DNA of 64,000 nucleotides from positions 1 to 64,000 of the forward strand of contig CBFGKH010000011.1 of assembly GCA_965649295.1 (NCBI GenBank). Direction: 5' to 3'. The notes beneath the pieces are model-generated. The model saw nothing but the letters and a program-made list of their open reading frames with translations, did no database searches and was not told the DNA's origin. Source of the DNA: a candidate division WOR-3 bacterium. GTDB taxonomy: Bacteria > Hydrothermota > Tepidihabitantia > Tepidihabitantales > Tepidihabitantaceae. Of the stretch, positions 1 through 8,319 are shown piece by piece. The position numbers and the translations under genes are program-made. Numbering within the stretch: position 1 is the stretch's first letter; each line of letters starts with the position of its first letter.

Positions 1-3000
1 GACCGGGTTGTACTGCCAGAACTCATTCGTCTTGCCGCCCTTGATGGCATACATCAAGCCTTTGTCGGCGTTGTAGGTGATACCGCCGCCGTCACGGACT
101 GGGGCGCCAATCATTGTGTCAGGACGAGCGGTCCAGCCGGATACTGGTGGCTGGTAGGCAACGGTCGTGAATCGCCAGATTGAGGATGGAGTTGTGCCGC
201 CCGCATTCCGTGCCACAACCCGCCAGTAGTACGGAGTGCTGCCGAGCAGGCCGGAGTAGTTGAAGGTGGTGTCAGTCTGTCCGGTCGCAACAGTTGCCAC
301 TGGAGGGTTGGCAACATCAAGGTAAACGTCGTAGGTTTCTGCGCCTTCGGCCCTGTTCCAGATGAGTGTCCCGCTGATCGGAACGTCGGTGGCGTTATTG
401 GCGGGCGATACCAGGGTTGGCGCAGATGGGGCTGGGATACCGTAATAGAACTGCCAGGCCGGAGTGTAGGCGCTCCAGCTTTCGCCGCCGTCCGTTGACG
501 CGCGAACACGCCAGTAGTAGTTGCCGTATTCGAGGGTTGTTGGTGTGTAGGTGAGGCCGGGTTGTTGGATATCAATCACGCAGGGGCTAGGGAAGCTTGC
601 AGAGGACGAGACCTGGAGCTGGTACATGTTGTCGCCAGCATGGCCAGTCCACTCAAACGTCGGGATTGTCTGCCAGTTTGTTCCGTTGCCTGGCGCAACT
701 AGAGTCGGTGCTGCAGGTGCAGCAGCGAGTTCGAGCGTACCGTAGTACGACGGGTCCCGCCAGTTGAGGATATTCATGGTGGTCAACCACCAGCCAAACC
801 AGTCACCGTAGGACTCAGCCAGAACGAATGTCCAGAGGCCAAGGCCACAGGCACCGTAGGGGTCAACGTTGAGCGAGCCTTTGGCAGTGCCGATGGGGAT
901 GCGAATCTCCATCTGCATATGGCCGGAGGCAGCGCTGGCTGCGCAACGGGCCGCAGTTGGGATGACACCGGCTGTTCCGGTGCCGCCGGGGAGTATGTAG
1001 CGATATTGGATGGTGTCAGCGGTACGGTGCATGGCCCAGTAGTTGCCTTCACTTGAGTCTTCGGCCCACAGGCCGTCCTGGTCCTCGTCGAAGTAGAGTC
1101 CAACCTGCAGGCTCTCATTGAATGGTATGTAAGGAGCGTCAATGCCGATGTAGAGGTTTTCGTGGTCGCGCTTCAGTGCCATGTAGGCGACTGTCGGCGG
1201 ATAGAGGTAGATGTCGTTCCAGCCATAGATGTTCGAGATATCGTAGCGGTTGGCATTGGCCCACTCAGCAGGGTTCATCACTCCGTCGAGCGTGACGCCA
1301 GCGCCATAAGGGGCGACTATCGGGTTGTTGAGGTGGAACCCGAAGAACCAGCGGAACTGCTCGTCGTTGGTTGGGTTGCCGTCGTCGGTCAAGACGGTCT
1401 TCATCGAGACGCTGTAGACCGTGCTACCGGCAGGTACGTTCCAGTCCGGGAAGCTGACGGTCTTGGATTCACCAAGCCCGAGGTTTGTCGTGACTGCGCC
1501 AGAATAGACGATGGCATCGGTCAGAGTGTCGCGAACCACGCAGGAGCAGAGCACGGTTGGCTCAGCCGCCGGTCCGAAGTTCCGGATGACGCCGGCAGGG
1601 GTAACGGTCGTACCGGGCTCGACGTAGTTCAGCGGCGTTGTGATGCTGGTGAAGCCGGCGTCGTGCGCGGCCGGCGTCCAAGTGACAAAGGACTGGATAT
1701 GGAACTCGCCGCCTCCGGATGTTTCGTCATAGTTTGGCTCCCACCAGCTAGAGTCCGCATTGTAATACCAGCTATGGCCGGTCCAAACGTCGTCAGAAGT
1801 CGGACACGGTCCAGCACCTGGCGTGACCGGTTCGATAGCTACGAGATAGCCAGTGGAGGGAACCGTAAGCGGAGTCGTGAGCGCGTGCTGGACCAAGAAT
1901 GCAGTGCTGACTCCGGGCGGGACTGCTTCGAGAATCGGAGACGTATAGAGCACTTGCGTGCCGGTGCTGTCGAAGATCTTGAAAACAAAGGAGCTGTCGG
2001 TCCAAGGGTCGCTTGCGTAGACATAGAACCGGGCCTTCAGACTTTCTACTGTAACGGGCATCACAACACCGAAGTCATTGGGCTCGAAATAGGTGCCGAG
2101 ACGCGGATAGCTGGCGCTCGTTCGGTAGTTGACCCAGTAGGTGCGCAGCCAGTTTGAGTAGTTCAGCCAGTTTGTTACATCCACGAGCTGCATGCAGGTA
2201 TCGTTCGCTCGGGCCTGGTCGCCGGGGAGATCAGTGATGACGCGAACCGTGCAGATGCCGGTTGTGGCCGGGGTGCGCCAGCTCTGGCCGAAGGTGATCT
2301 GAGCCCACTGACCGGGTTGCAGGGTGCCCGTGGTCACGATGTCGTCGGCATAGGTGTAACCGCCCGGACCAGAGATGCGCAATCGCACCGGCACACCGGC
2401 TGGGCGCGGATTCAGGCCGACGTTCTTGATGGTGGCCTTGATCTGCTGCCACTGGTTAGGTTGAATCGTGCCGGGCACATCATCAATTGACAGCACCGCC
2501 ATATCGTCATTGAACGGAATGTTGTCAACGATGACGTGGGTCATGAAGCTGCCGTATACGTTCAGCTCGGTCCATCCCGAGGTGGCTGTACGGTAGTAGT
2601 GACGTCCAGGAACAACGGGCACGATGTTGTCGACGCCCATCCAGTACTCTGCGGCAGGCTGAACTCGTTTGACCACAACCCAGAAGTCCTGACCACCGGT
2701 TCTGATGGATGAACTTAGACCGAGGGGAACTGGCACAGAGACTCGCCCAGGCGATGTGTGCGGACCCCACGGGAATGAGTCGAGAATGGTGCCCGGCAGG
2801 TTGGTAATTGGGTCATGGGCGTGCACAAAGACCCACCCGCTGCGCGTGGCGTGATTTGGCTCACCCGGATAACCGTGCCAGAACTCAATGGTGCGAAGTG
2901 TACAAGTCTGCGCCGGTGTGAAGCGTGTTGCCAAGAACGCTGTCACAGCACCGTTGAAGCCGAGCGCGTTGGCAGCGTTTCCGTTAGATGGGAGGCGATG

Positions 3001-3273
3001 ATAGTAGAGCGTCTCTCTTGGAGCGTCGGTAGACCTAGCAGGTGTTGGCGTGAAGGCGCTTTTCGCATCAGATTTCTGCTTGGCTGCTTCGATCGTCACT
3101 ATGGACTGTGCAGTTGAGCTCGTCAGCCGATGGTCGCTGAACGCGCTCTTGTGGCTTGCCTGTTTGACCGGAATGTTCCCGTCGGCCATTGCCGCCGGGT
3201 TCGGTCCAATCCAAGTTCCTCCGGCAATGGCGAGCGCCACGATACCGAGGAGGATTGGCACGGTTTTCCGCAT
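1..3273 (-). CDS. Large secreted multidomain protein (>1090 aa; CARDB/Ig-like, CBM9/DOMON-like and Kelch-like repeats), 3' end outside the window
   Basis: Translated by hand. ATG at 3273 with SD GGAGGT. Signal peptide MRKTVPILLGIVALAIAG, then CARDB-like 'IKATIKNVGLN...DQARANDT', 'TLDGVMNPAEW', and Kelch-like 'GGGITYNADKGLMYAIKGGKTNEFWQYNP' at the window edge. No stop in the segments read, and the ORF track lists no terminated ORF in this frame. Confidence 0.9.
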   Translation of the reverse strand, partial: MRKTVPILLGIVALAIAGGTWIGPNPAAMADGNIPVKQASHKSAFSDHRLTSSTAQSIVTIEAAKQKSDAKSAFTPTPARSTDAPRETLYYHRLPSNGNAANALGFNGAVTAFLATRFTPAQTCTLRTIEFWHGYPGEPNHATRSGWVFVHAHDPITNLPGTILDSFPWGPHTSPGRVSVPVPLGLSSSIRTGGQDFWVVVKRVQPAAEYWMGVDNIVPVVPGRHYYRTATSGWTELNVYGSFMTHVIVDNIPFNDDMAVLSIDDVPGTIQPNQWQQIKATIKNVGLNPRPAGVPVRLRISGPGGYTYADDIVTTGTLQPGQWAQITFGQSWRTPATTGICTVRVITDLPGDQARANDTCMQLVDVTNWLNYSNWLRTYWVNYRTSASYPRLGTYFEPNDFGVVMPVTVESLKARFYVYASDPWTDSSFVFKIFDSTGTQVLYTSPILEAVPPGVSTAFLVQHALTTPLTVPSTGYLVAIEPVTPGAGPCPTSDDVWTGHSWYYNADSSWWEPNYDETSGGGEFHIQSFVTWTPAAHDAGFTSITTPLNYVEPGTTVTPAGVIRNFGPAAEPTVLCSCVVRDTLTDAIVYSGAVTTNLGLGESKTVSFPDWNVPAGSTVYSVSMKTVLTDDGNPTNDEQFRWFFGFHLNNPIVAPYGAGVTLDGVMNPAEWANANRYDISNIYGWNDIYLYPPTVAYMALKRDHENLYIGIDAPYIPFNESLQVGLYFDEDQDGLWAEDSSEGNYWAMHRTADTIQYRYILPGGTGTAGVIPTAARCAASAASGHMQMEIRIPIGTAKGSLNVDPYGACGLGLWTFVLAESYGDWFGWWLTTMNILNWRDPSYYGTLELAAAPAAPTLVAPGNGTNWQTIPTFEWTGHAGDNMYQLQVSSSASFPSPCVIDIQQPGLTYTPTTLEYGNYYWRVRASTDGGESWSAYTPAWQFYYGIPAPSAPTLVSPANNATDVPISGTLIWNRAEGAETYDVYLDVANPPVATVATGQTDTTFNYSGLLGSTPYYWRVVARNAGGTTPSSIWRFTTVAYQPPVSGWTARPDTMIGAPVRDGGGITYNADKGLMYAIKGGKTNEFWQYNPV

Positions 3274-3435
3274 ACTTACCTCCTTAGGATGAAACAGGGG
3301 CTAGTTTTGGCAGCATCGGCGTCTGCCCTTGGACGCCAGTGCTGTCGGCCGCGGCAGCTAGTAATGACGGGGTAGCTGCTACGACCCTAGACGGCCTTCG
3401 GCCGCGCAGAATCTTAGTAATTGGCGCTCAGCAAG

Positions 3436-3879
3436 TCAAGACTTTTCATTTTTCAGGAGCAGGCGCAGGGCAGGTATCAATGTCTCGATTGATGGATGCT
3501 GTTGGCTTAGCCTTTCGAGTGGACAGACAGCAGTATTTGTTCGGTTCCGAATTTCAGGGACCAGCAGTTCGTATTCGAACGGTATTGCTCCTTCGTGGAG
3601 ACAACGGGCAGCGCCGATGGAACCGACAAGAGCAAAGACTTCTGCCACCCGGAGATGGACGAACACCCTTGCCGCGCAGACTCCAACAACGCGGTCAGCC
3701 ACAATCATTCCGTCCAAGCCGGCTGGGAACCAGTCAATGAGTTCGAGTAGTGGACGCGGCCCAGAGCCGAATGACTGGTGGATGATGGTATGGTCCTGAA
3801 TGACGAGCAAGGACGCTTTAGAGTTGGCAAGGTCGCGGAGAGGCTGAAAGGAATCAAGAAAGTAATCGTAGTCGTCCAT
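3436..3879 (-). CDS. DUF1893 (TM1506-like) family protein
   Basis: Motifs 'GPRPLL', 'VADRVVGVCAA' and 'IRNRTNTAVCPLE' match the family. ATG 3879 chosen because it lies 8 nt after a TTGACT-16-CAGAAT promoter. Confidence 0.75.
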   Translation of the reverse strand: MDDYDYFLDSFQPLRDLANSKASLLVIQDHTIIHQSFGSGPRPLLELIDWFPAGLDGMIVADRVVGVCAARVFVHLRVAEVFALVGSIGAARCLHEGAIPFEYELLVPEIRNRTNTAVCPLERLSQQHPSIETLIPALRLLLKNEKS

Positions 3880-3976
3880 GATGGCTGATTCTGCTCTTTC
3901 ATCGCCGGTAGTCAAGCCAACGAGTGTCTTCGCTAGATGCGGTTGACTCAATCAGCAACAAGATTAGCATAGACAC

Positions 3977-4717
3977 GTGAGGTTCGTGCTCGAGCTGCTC
4001 GACTACCTCGGCTTCGCAGTTCGCAGTCTGACCGGTTCGTGGGACCTGAACCGGTCCTGGCCACGGCTAAGTGAGCAACTGCTACGGCACGGAGCTGGTG
4101 CCTTGCCGGTAACGGCGCTGGCTGCAGCTTTCATTGGCTTGACGGTTGCAGTGCAGACCAACTATCAGCTAGTGGGTGTCGTCCCGAAGTTCTTTGTGGG
4201 GATGGGGGTCGGCAGGATGGTGCTTATTGAGTTTGCGCCGGTTTTTGCAGCATTCATAGTGGCTGGTCGGTCTGCCTCGGCGATGGCCGCTGAGCTGGGG
4301 GCGATGCGGGTTTCAGAGCAGGTTGATGCTCTGGAGGTGATGGGCATTGACGCGCACCGTTATCTCTGTCAGCCACGGATTCTGGCGACGGCGTTGGGCC
4401 TGCCAATTCTTGTGGTCGTGACTGAGGTGATTGCGTTAGGCACGGCACTAGTTATTTCGAGCCGGTGGCTGGGCGTGCCTGAGCAAACCTTTATGTATGG
4501 TTTGACTAGGTTCTTTCTTGCCAAGGACTTTTTCGGTGGCCTGGCCAAGGCAGTATTGTTCGGGTTCATTATTGGCATCAATGGCTGCTATCAGGGTTTT
4601 CATGTGACGGGTGGGTCCGAGGCAGTGGGCAGGGCCACAACCAAGGCGGTTGTGACATCAGCGTTGATGATTTTGGCGACCGATTTCCTGGTAGCGGTTC
4701 TCTTTTTCTCAGCATGA
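3977..4717 (+). CDS. mlaE: MlaE-family ABC transporter permease
   Basis: Motifs 'GRSASAMAAELGAMRVSEQVDALEVMG' and 'GGSEAVGRATTKAVV'. Confidence 0.92.
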   Translation: MRFVLELLDYLGFAVRSLTGSWDLNRSWPRLSEQLLRHGAGALPVTALAAAFIGLTVAVQTNYQLVGVVPKFFVGMGVGRMVLIEFAPVFAAFIVAGRSASAMAAELGAMRVSEQVDALEVMGIDAHRYLCQPRILATALGLPILVVVTEVIALGTALVISSRWLGVPEQTFMYGLTRFFLAKDFFGGLAKAVLFGFIIGINGCYQGFHVTGGSEAVGRATTKAVVTSALMILATDFLVAVLFFSA

Positions 4718-5406
4718 TTCGCGTTGATGGCATCAGCAAACGGTTCGGTCAAACTGTCGTGCTTGAGGATGTCAGTTTGACAGTGCCGGATGGCAGTCTG
4801 GTCGTGATTCTGGGGCCGTCAGGCATCGGCAAGACCGTGTTACTGCGAATAATGGCCGGACTCTTGCCGCCGGACAAAGGGCAGGTGCTCTATGATGGTC
4901 GGCCGATGCACTGGGGGATTTTCGCTGACAATCGGAAAGTGATTGGCGGGCTTGGTTATGTGTTTCAGGGCGGGGCGTTACTCGATTCAATGACAGTAGC
5001 TCAAAATGTTGCTCTGCCGCTGGAAGAGACATTGCACCTAGGTAAGAGCGAGGTCCGGCAACGGGTGACAGCAGCGCTTGCTCTTGTTGGGATGGAAGGG
5101 TGCGCAGAGTTGTACCCCAAGGCACTTTCAGGCGGAATGATGCGACTCGTAGCGATTGCCAGAGCTGTCGTGACCGAGCCGCGGTATCTGTTCTACGACG
5201 AGCCGACTACCGGTCTTGACCCGGCATTGCGCGAGAGAATATTGGGGCTGATATTGAAGTTGAAACAGCACAGGACGCAACTGGTGGTAACGCACGACCT
5301 TGACGCTGCGCAGCGTCTTGGCGACGAGATGTATCTGTTGCGGCGTGCCAGGCTCGTAGCCGCTAGTGGAATCTGTAAGGAGGATTATGAACCGGCGCTT
5401 ACGTGA
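4714..5406 (+). CDS. mlaF: MlaF-family ABC transporter ATP-binding protein
   Basis: Walker A GPSGIGKT, signature LSGGM, Walker B YDEPTTGLDP; overlaps the mlaE stop. Confidence 0.9.
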   Translation: MIRVDGISKRFGQTVVLEDVSLTVPDGSLVVILGPSGIGKTVLLRIMAGLLPPDKGQVLYDGRPMHWGIFADNRKVIGGLGYVFQGGALLDSMTVAQNVALPLEETLHLGKSEVRQRVTAALALVGMEGCAELYPKALSGGMMRLVAIARAVVTEPRYLFYDEPTTGLDPALRERILGLILKLKQHRTQLVVTHDLDAAQRLGDEMYLLRRARLVAASGICKEDYEPALT

Positions 5407-6136
5407 TTCGCTGGTTGGCCTGTTCCTGCTGGCCGGAGTTGCTCTGGCGGTATGGGCGTTCTTCTGGTTCTCAGGTCGGATTGAACGTGACCGACATCGA
5501 GAGGTGACTGTCCATTTTCCGAGTGTCTCTGGGCTTAGGGTCGGTGACGCGGTCGAAGTGCTTGGCATCCAGAAGGGTAGAGTCAGTGCCTTGGAGCTTG
5601 GTGACGGCAGAGTGAAAGCGACGTTGCAGATCAAAGCTGATGTCAGACTAACAGAGGATACGAGATTCGCTGTCCGTTCGATGAGCTATCTGGGCAGCGA
5701 CCGTTACTTGCTGGTTACGCCCGGCACCGGGCCGACAGCTACGACCACTGAGTTTGTCGGCACGAACGAGGCGCTGGATTTGGAGGAGACGTTCTTGAGA
5801 CTTGACCGCGTGCTGGCAACCCTTGACCCGCGCGAGCTGGCCGATGAGTTGCGGCGGACGCGAGACGAGTTGCTCAAGATACTTACAACCGGACTGGCTG
5901 GTTTGAGTTCTGACTTCGCAGTATCGGCTGGGCACATTGAGAATATATCGGCCCATGTGGATACGGTGGCGGCGCTGTTGAGCCCAAGCTCGCCGGCCGG
6001 CAAAGCGCTGCAGGCACCTGAGCTATACGATGAGTTGCGCAAGACCAATAGCGACCTGCAGGCGCTGATTGCTGACATCAGAGCTAATCCTGAGCGATAT
6101 CTGAAACTGCGCTTCAGCCTGTTTGGTGGGAAATAG
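5387..6136 (+). CDS. mlaD: MlaD/MCE family protein
   Basis: N-terminal TM helix, MCE motif 'SVSGLRVGDAVEVLGIQKGRV', C-terminal 'LIADIRANPERY'; SD AGGAGG before ATG 5387. Confidence 0.88.
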   Translation: MNRRLRDSLVGLFLLAGVALAVWAFFWFSGRIERDRHREVTVHFPSVSGLRVGDAVEVLGIQKGRVSALELGDGRVKATLQIKADVRLTEDTRFAVRSMSYLGSDRYLLVTPGTGPTATTTEFVGTNEALDLEETFLRLDRVLATLDPRELADELRRTRDELLKILTTGLAGLSSDFAVSAGHIENISAHVDTVAALLSPSSPAGKALQAPELYDELRKTNSDLQALIADIRANPERYLKLRFSLFGGK

Positions 6137-6145
6137 CCCATAAGC

Positions 6146-6173
6146 GCAGTCCCAGCAGAAATGCTGGGACTGC
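6146..6173. terminator. Hairpin between convergent genes (probable bidirectional terminator)
   Basis: GCAGTCCCAGCA-GAAA-TGCTGGGACTGC, a 12-bp perfect stem. Confidence 0.7.
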
Positions 6174-6187
6174 AGCGTTAGGACAGA

Positions 6188-6862
6188 CTACTTTCCGGAT
6201 TTCGTCTTAGGGCTGAGAGGCGAGAGTTGGGCGTACCGGGCGGAGACCTCCGCCGCGAGGTAGAGCCCTCAACATGCGCTCGTGCCAGAACAGTGGGCGA
6301 TGAGCTGAACGCGGAGCCGCCTGACTTTGGCTGGGTTCAATCCCTTCAGGTTCGTGGTCAGTTCCTCTGAGAGATTGAATGAGTAGTCGGCGTAGGTGTT
6401 GGGTTTGGCCGCGCGAATGTAATGGGCGGTCGAACTACTGTTCCAGCCGGTAGTTGGCGCGGTGTGGCCGATGGTCGTAGTGCCTAGTGGTTTGCCGACA
6501 GAGTCGAGGTAGGTCAGCACGATTGCTGCTGTTGAACGATACCGCAAGTCAGTGGTGCGGGCGTCGAACTTGGCCCGGGTCGAGAAGACGAGGTCGGTGG
6601 TTGTCAGGTTGACTTCTTGGGTTAGCGTTCGGTGCCCACACATCTCTTTGTTCAGCCGGACGCCACCGTCTTTGATGATTTCGATTTTGCCCCAGCCAAC
6701 GAAGTCCTCGGATGTTGTGGTCCAGGCAGGGGCGAGGCTAGTCGCAAAGCGGCTGTTGAGTAGGGAGTCGGTGGTGACGGCCGGTGTGGCGGCAGGTGGG
6801 GCAGCGGAAGCTAACACTAGCAGTAGTGAAATAAGCAGCGACATTCTCAGTAACGATTGCAT
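6188..6862 (-). CDS. Secreted jelly-roll (CBM-like) protein, probable selenoprotein (UGA at 6269-6271 read as Sec, 224 aa)
   Basis: Signal peptide present. The track ORF ends at ...HCSGTSAC-UGA, but the frame continues GLYLAAEVSARYAQLSPLSPKTKSGK-TAG (6188). A SECIS-like hairpin lies 14 nt after the UGA. Confidence 0.72.
6239..6254 (-). promoter_or_regulatory. Candidate bacterial SECIS element
   Basis: mRNA reads GGCGGA-GGUC-UCCGCC. The apical AGGUCU is identical to that of the E. coli fdhF SECIS, and the GGU starts 20 nt after the UGA. Confidence 0.65.
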
Positions 6863-6944
6863 AAGAAATGCTATGGGTCAGCGGCTACCCGGTCAAGCCG
6901 ACAACAGTGTTTGACAGCAGCAACTTGCTTAGTAGATTCTGACC

Positions 6945-8249
6945 ATGCAAAGGACTCTGGCGGCTGATGTCCCGCGGCACATTGGTGAACAGGTCAGGTT
7001 AGTTGGCTGGCTGCACCAGGTGCGTGAGCTTGGTTCGATATCGTTCGTGGTTGTGCGTGACCGGTCAGGCCTAGCCCAGGCGGTTATTTTAGACCCGGCC
7101 AAGCATGACCTGTCGCAATTGAAGCGTGAAAGTATTGTTGAGGTGGTCGGCACGGTGAAGGCTGAACCGCAGGCACGAGGCGGGGCCGAACTGCTCTTTG
7201 AGTCAATCAAGGTGCTGATTGAGCCGGTCGCCGAACTGCCATTCGAAGTGAATCGGTCGCGCAAGAAGCTGAACCTGAAGATTGATGCGGTGCTAGACCA
7301 CCGGGCGTTCGCCTTGCGGAATCCGGAGTTTGCTGCACCGTTTCGCGTTCAGGCTGAGATAGTCCGGACTTTTTCTGATTACCTCCGCAGTCTTGGTTTT
7401 CTCGAAGTGCACACTTCGAAGATTGTCGCGGCTGGAACTGAGGGCGGCACCGCACTCTTTCCAATCAAGTATTTCGAGCAGAATGCCTATCTGGCGCAGT
7501 CGCCACAATTCTACAAGCAGATGCTGGTTGGCGCAGGTTTTGAGCGGGTGTTCGAGGTCGGATTCGTCTATCGGGCTGAGGATCACGCAACATCGCGGCA
7601 TATCAATGAGTACCTGTCGCTTGACTTTGAGATGGGGTTTATCGAGTCCTATACCGATGTGATGGATGTTGAGCGAGGATTCCTCAAGGCGTTGATTGAG
7701 AACCTGGCAAAGAACTGTGCTGCGGAGCTGGCATTGATGCAGGCAGAATTGCCCAAGGTGGGGAACGTGCCGGAGGTGACGCTGAAGGATGCTCTGGCCA
7801 TTCTGGCCAAGGACTACGGTCGGGACACCACTGGCATGGTTGACCTTGACCCTGACGGTGAGAGACAGTTGTGCGATTATGCCCAGAAGAACCTGGGGAG
7901 CGAGTTCGTTTTCATTAGCCGCTATCCGCGTAAGGCCCGGCCCTTCTACACGATGCCGGACCCAGATGACCCGGAACAGACGCTTGGGTTCGATCTGCTC
8001 TTTCGCGGATTGGAGGTGACGACCGGCAGTCAGCGCATTCATGACTATCACATGCTGGTTGACAGCATCAAACGCATCGGCTCAAACCCTGACAGCTTCG
8101 CATTCTATCTTGAGATTTTTAAGTATGCGATGCCGCCGCACGGTGGACTGGCAATCGGTGCTGAGCGACTAACCCAGCAGTTGCTCGGGCTTGCCAACGT
8201 CCGCGAGGCCAGTTTCTTCCCACGCGACCGGTATCGGCTAACACCGTAA
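6945..8249 (+). CDS. aspS: Aspartate--tRNA(Asp/Asn) ligase, archaeal-type (short, no GAD insertion)
   Basis: OB-fold N-terminus; motifs 'AYLAQSPQFYKQ', 'YRAEDHATSRHINEY', 'MPPHGGLAIGAERL', 'FPRD'; 434 aa. Confidence 0.93.
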   Translation: MQRTLAADVPRHIGEQVRLVGWLHQVRELGSISFVVVRDRSGLAQAVILDPAKHDLSQLKRESIVEVVGTVKAEPQARGGAELLFESIKVLIEPVAELPFEVNRSRKKLNLKIDAVLDHRAFALRNPEFAAPFRVQAEIVRTFSDYLRSLGFLEVHTSKIVAAGTEGGTALFPIKYFEQNAYLAQSPQFYKQMLVGAGFERVFEVGFVYRAEDHATSRHINEYLSLDFEMGFIESYTDVMDVERGFLKALIENLAKNCAAELALMQAELPKVGNVPEVTLKDALAILAKDYGRDTTGMVDLDPDGERQLCDYAQKNLGSEFVFISRYPRKARPFYTMPDPDDPEQTLGFDLLFRGLEVTTGSQRIHDYHMLVDSIKRIGSNPDSFAFYLEIFKYAMPPHGGLAIGAERLTQQLLGLANVREASFFPRDRYRLTP

Positions 8250-8319
8250 CCGGTTTGACGGCTGGACGGGCCGGGTCTAGAATCTAGGGCAAGTGCTATT
8301 CCTTCCTAAGGAGCAGAAT

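Noticed and set aside
1162..2157. 331-aa plus-strand ORF and other short ORFs in 1-3300
   Set aside because: Antisense or off-frame shadows of the large minus-strand gene, which has an SD, a signal peptide and recognisable domains.
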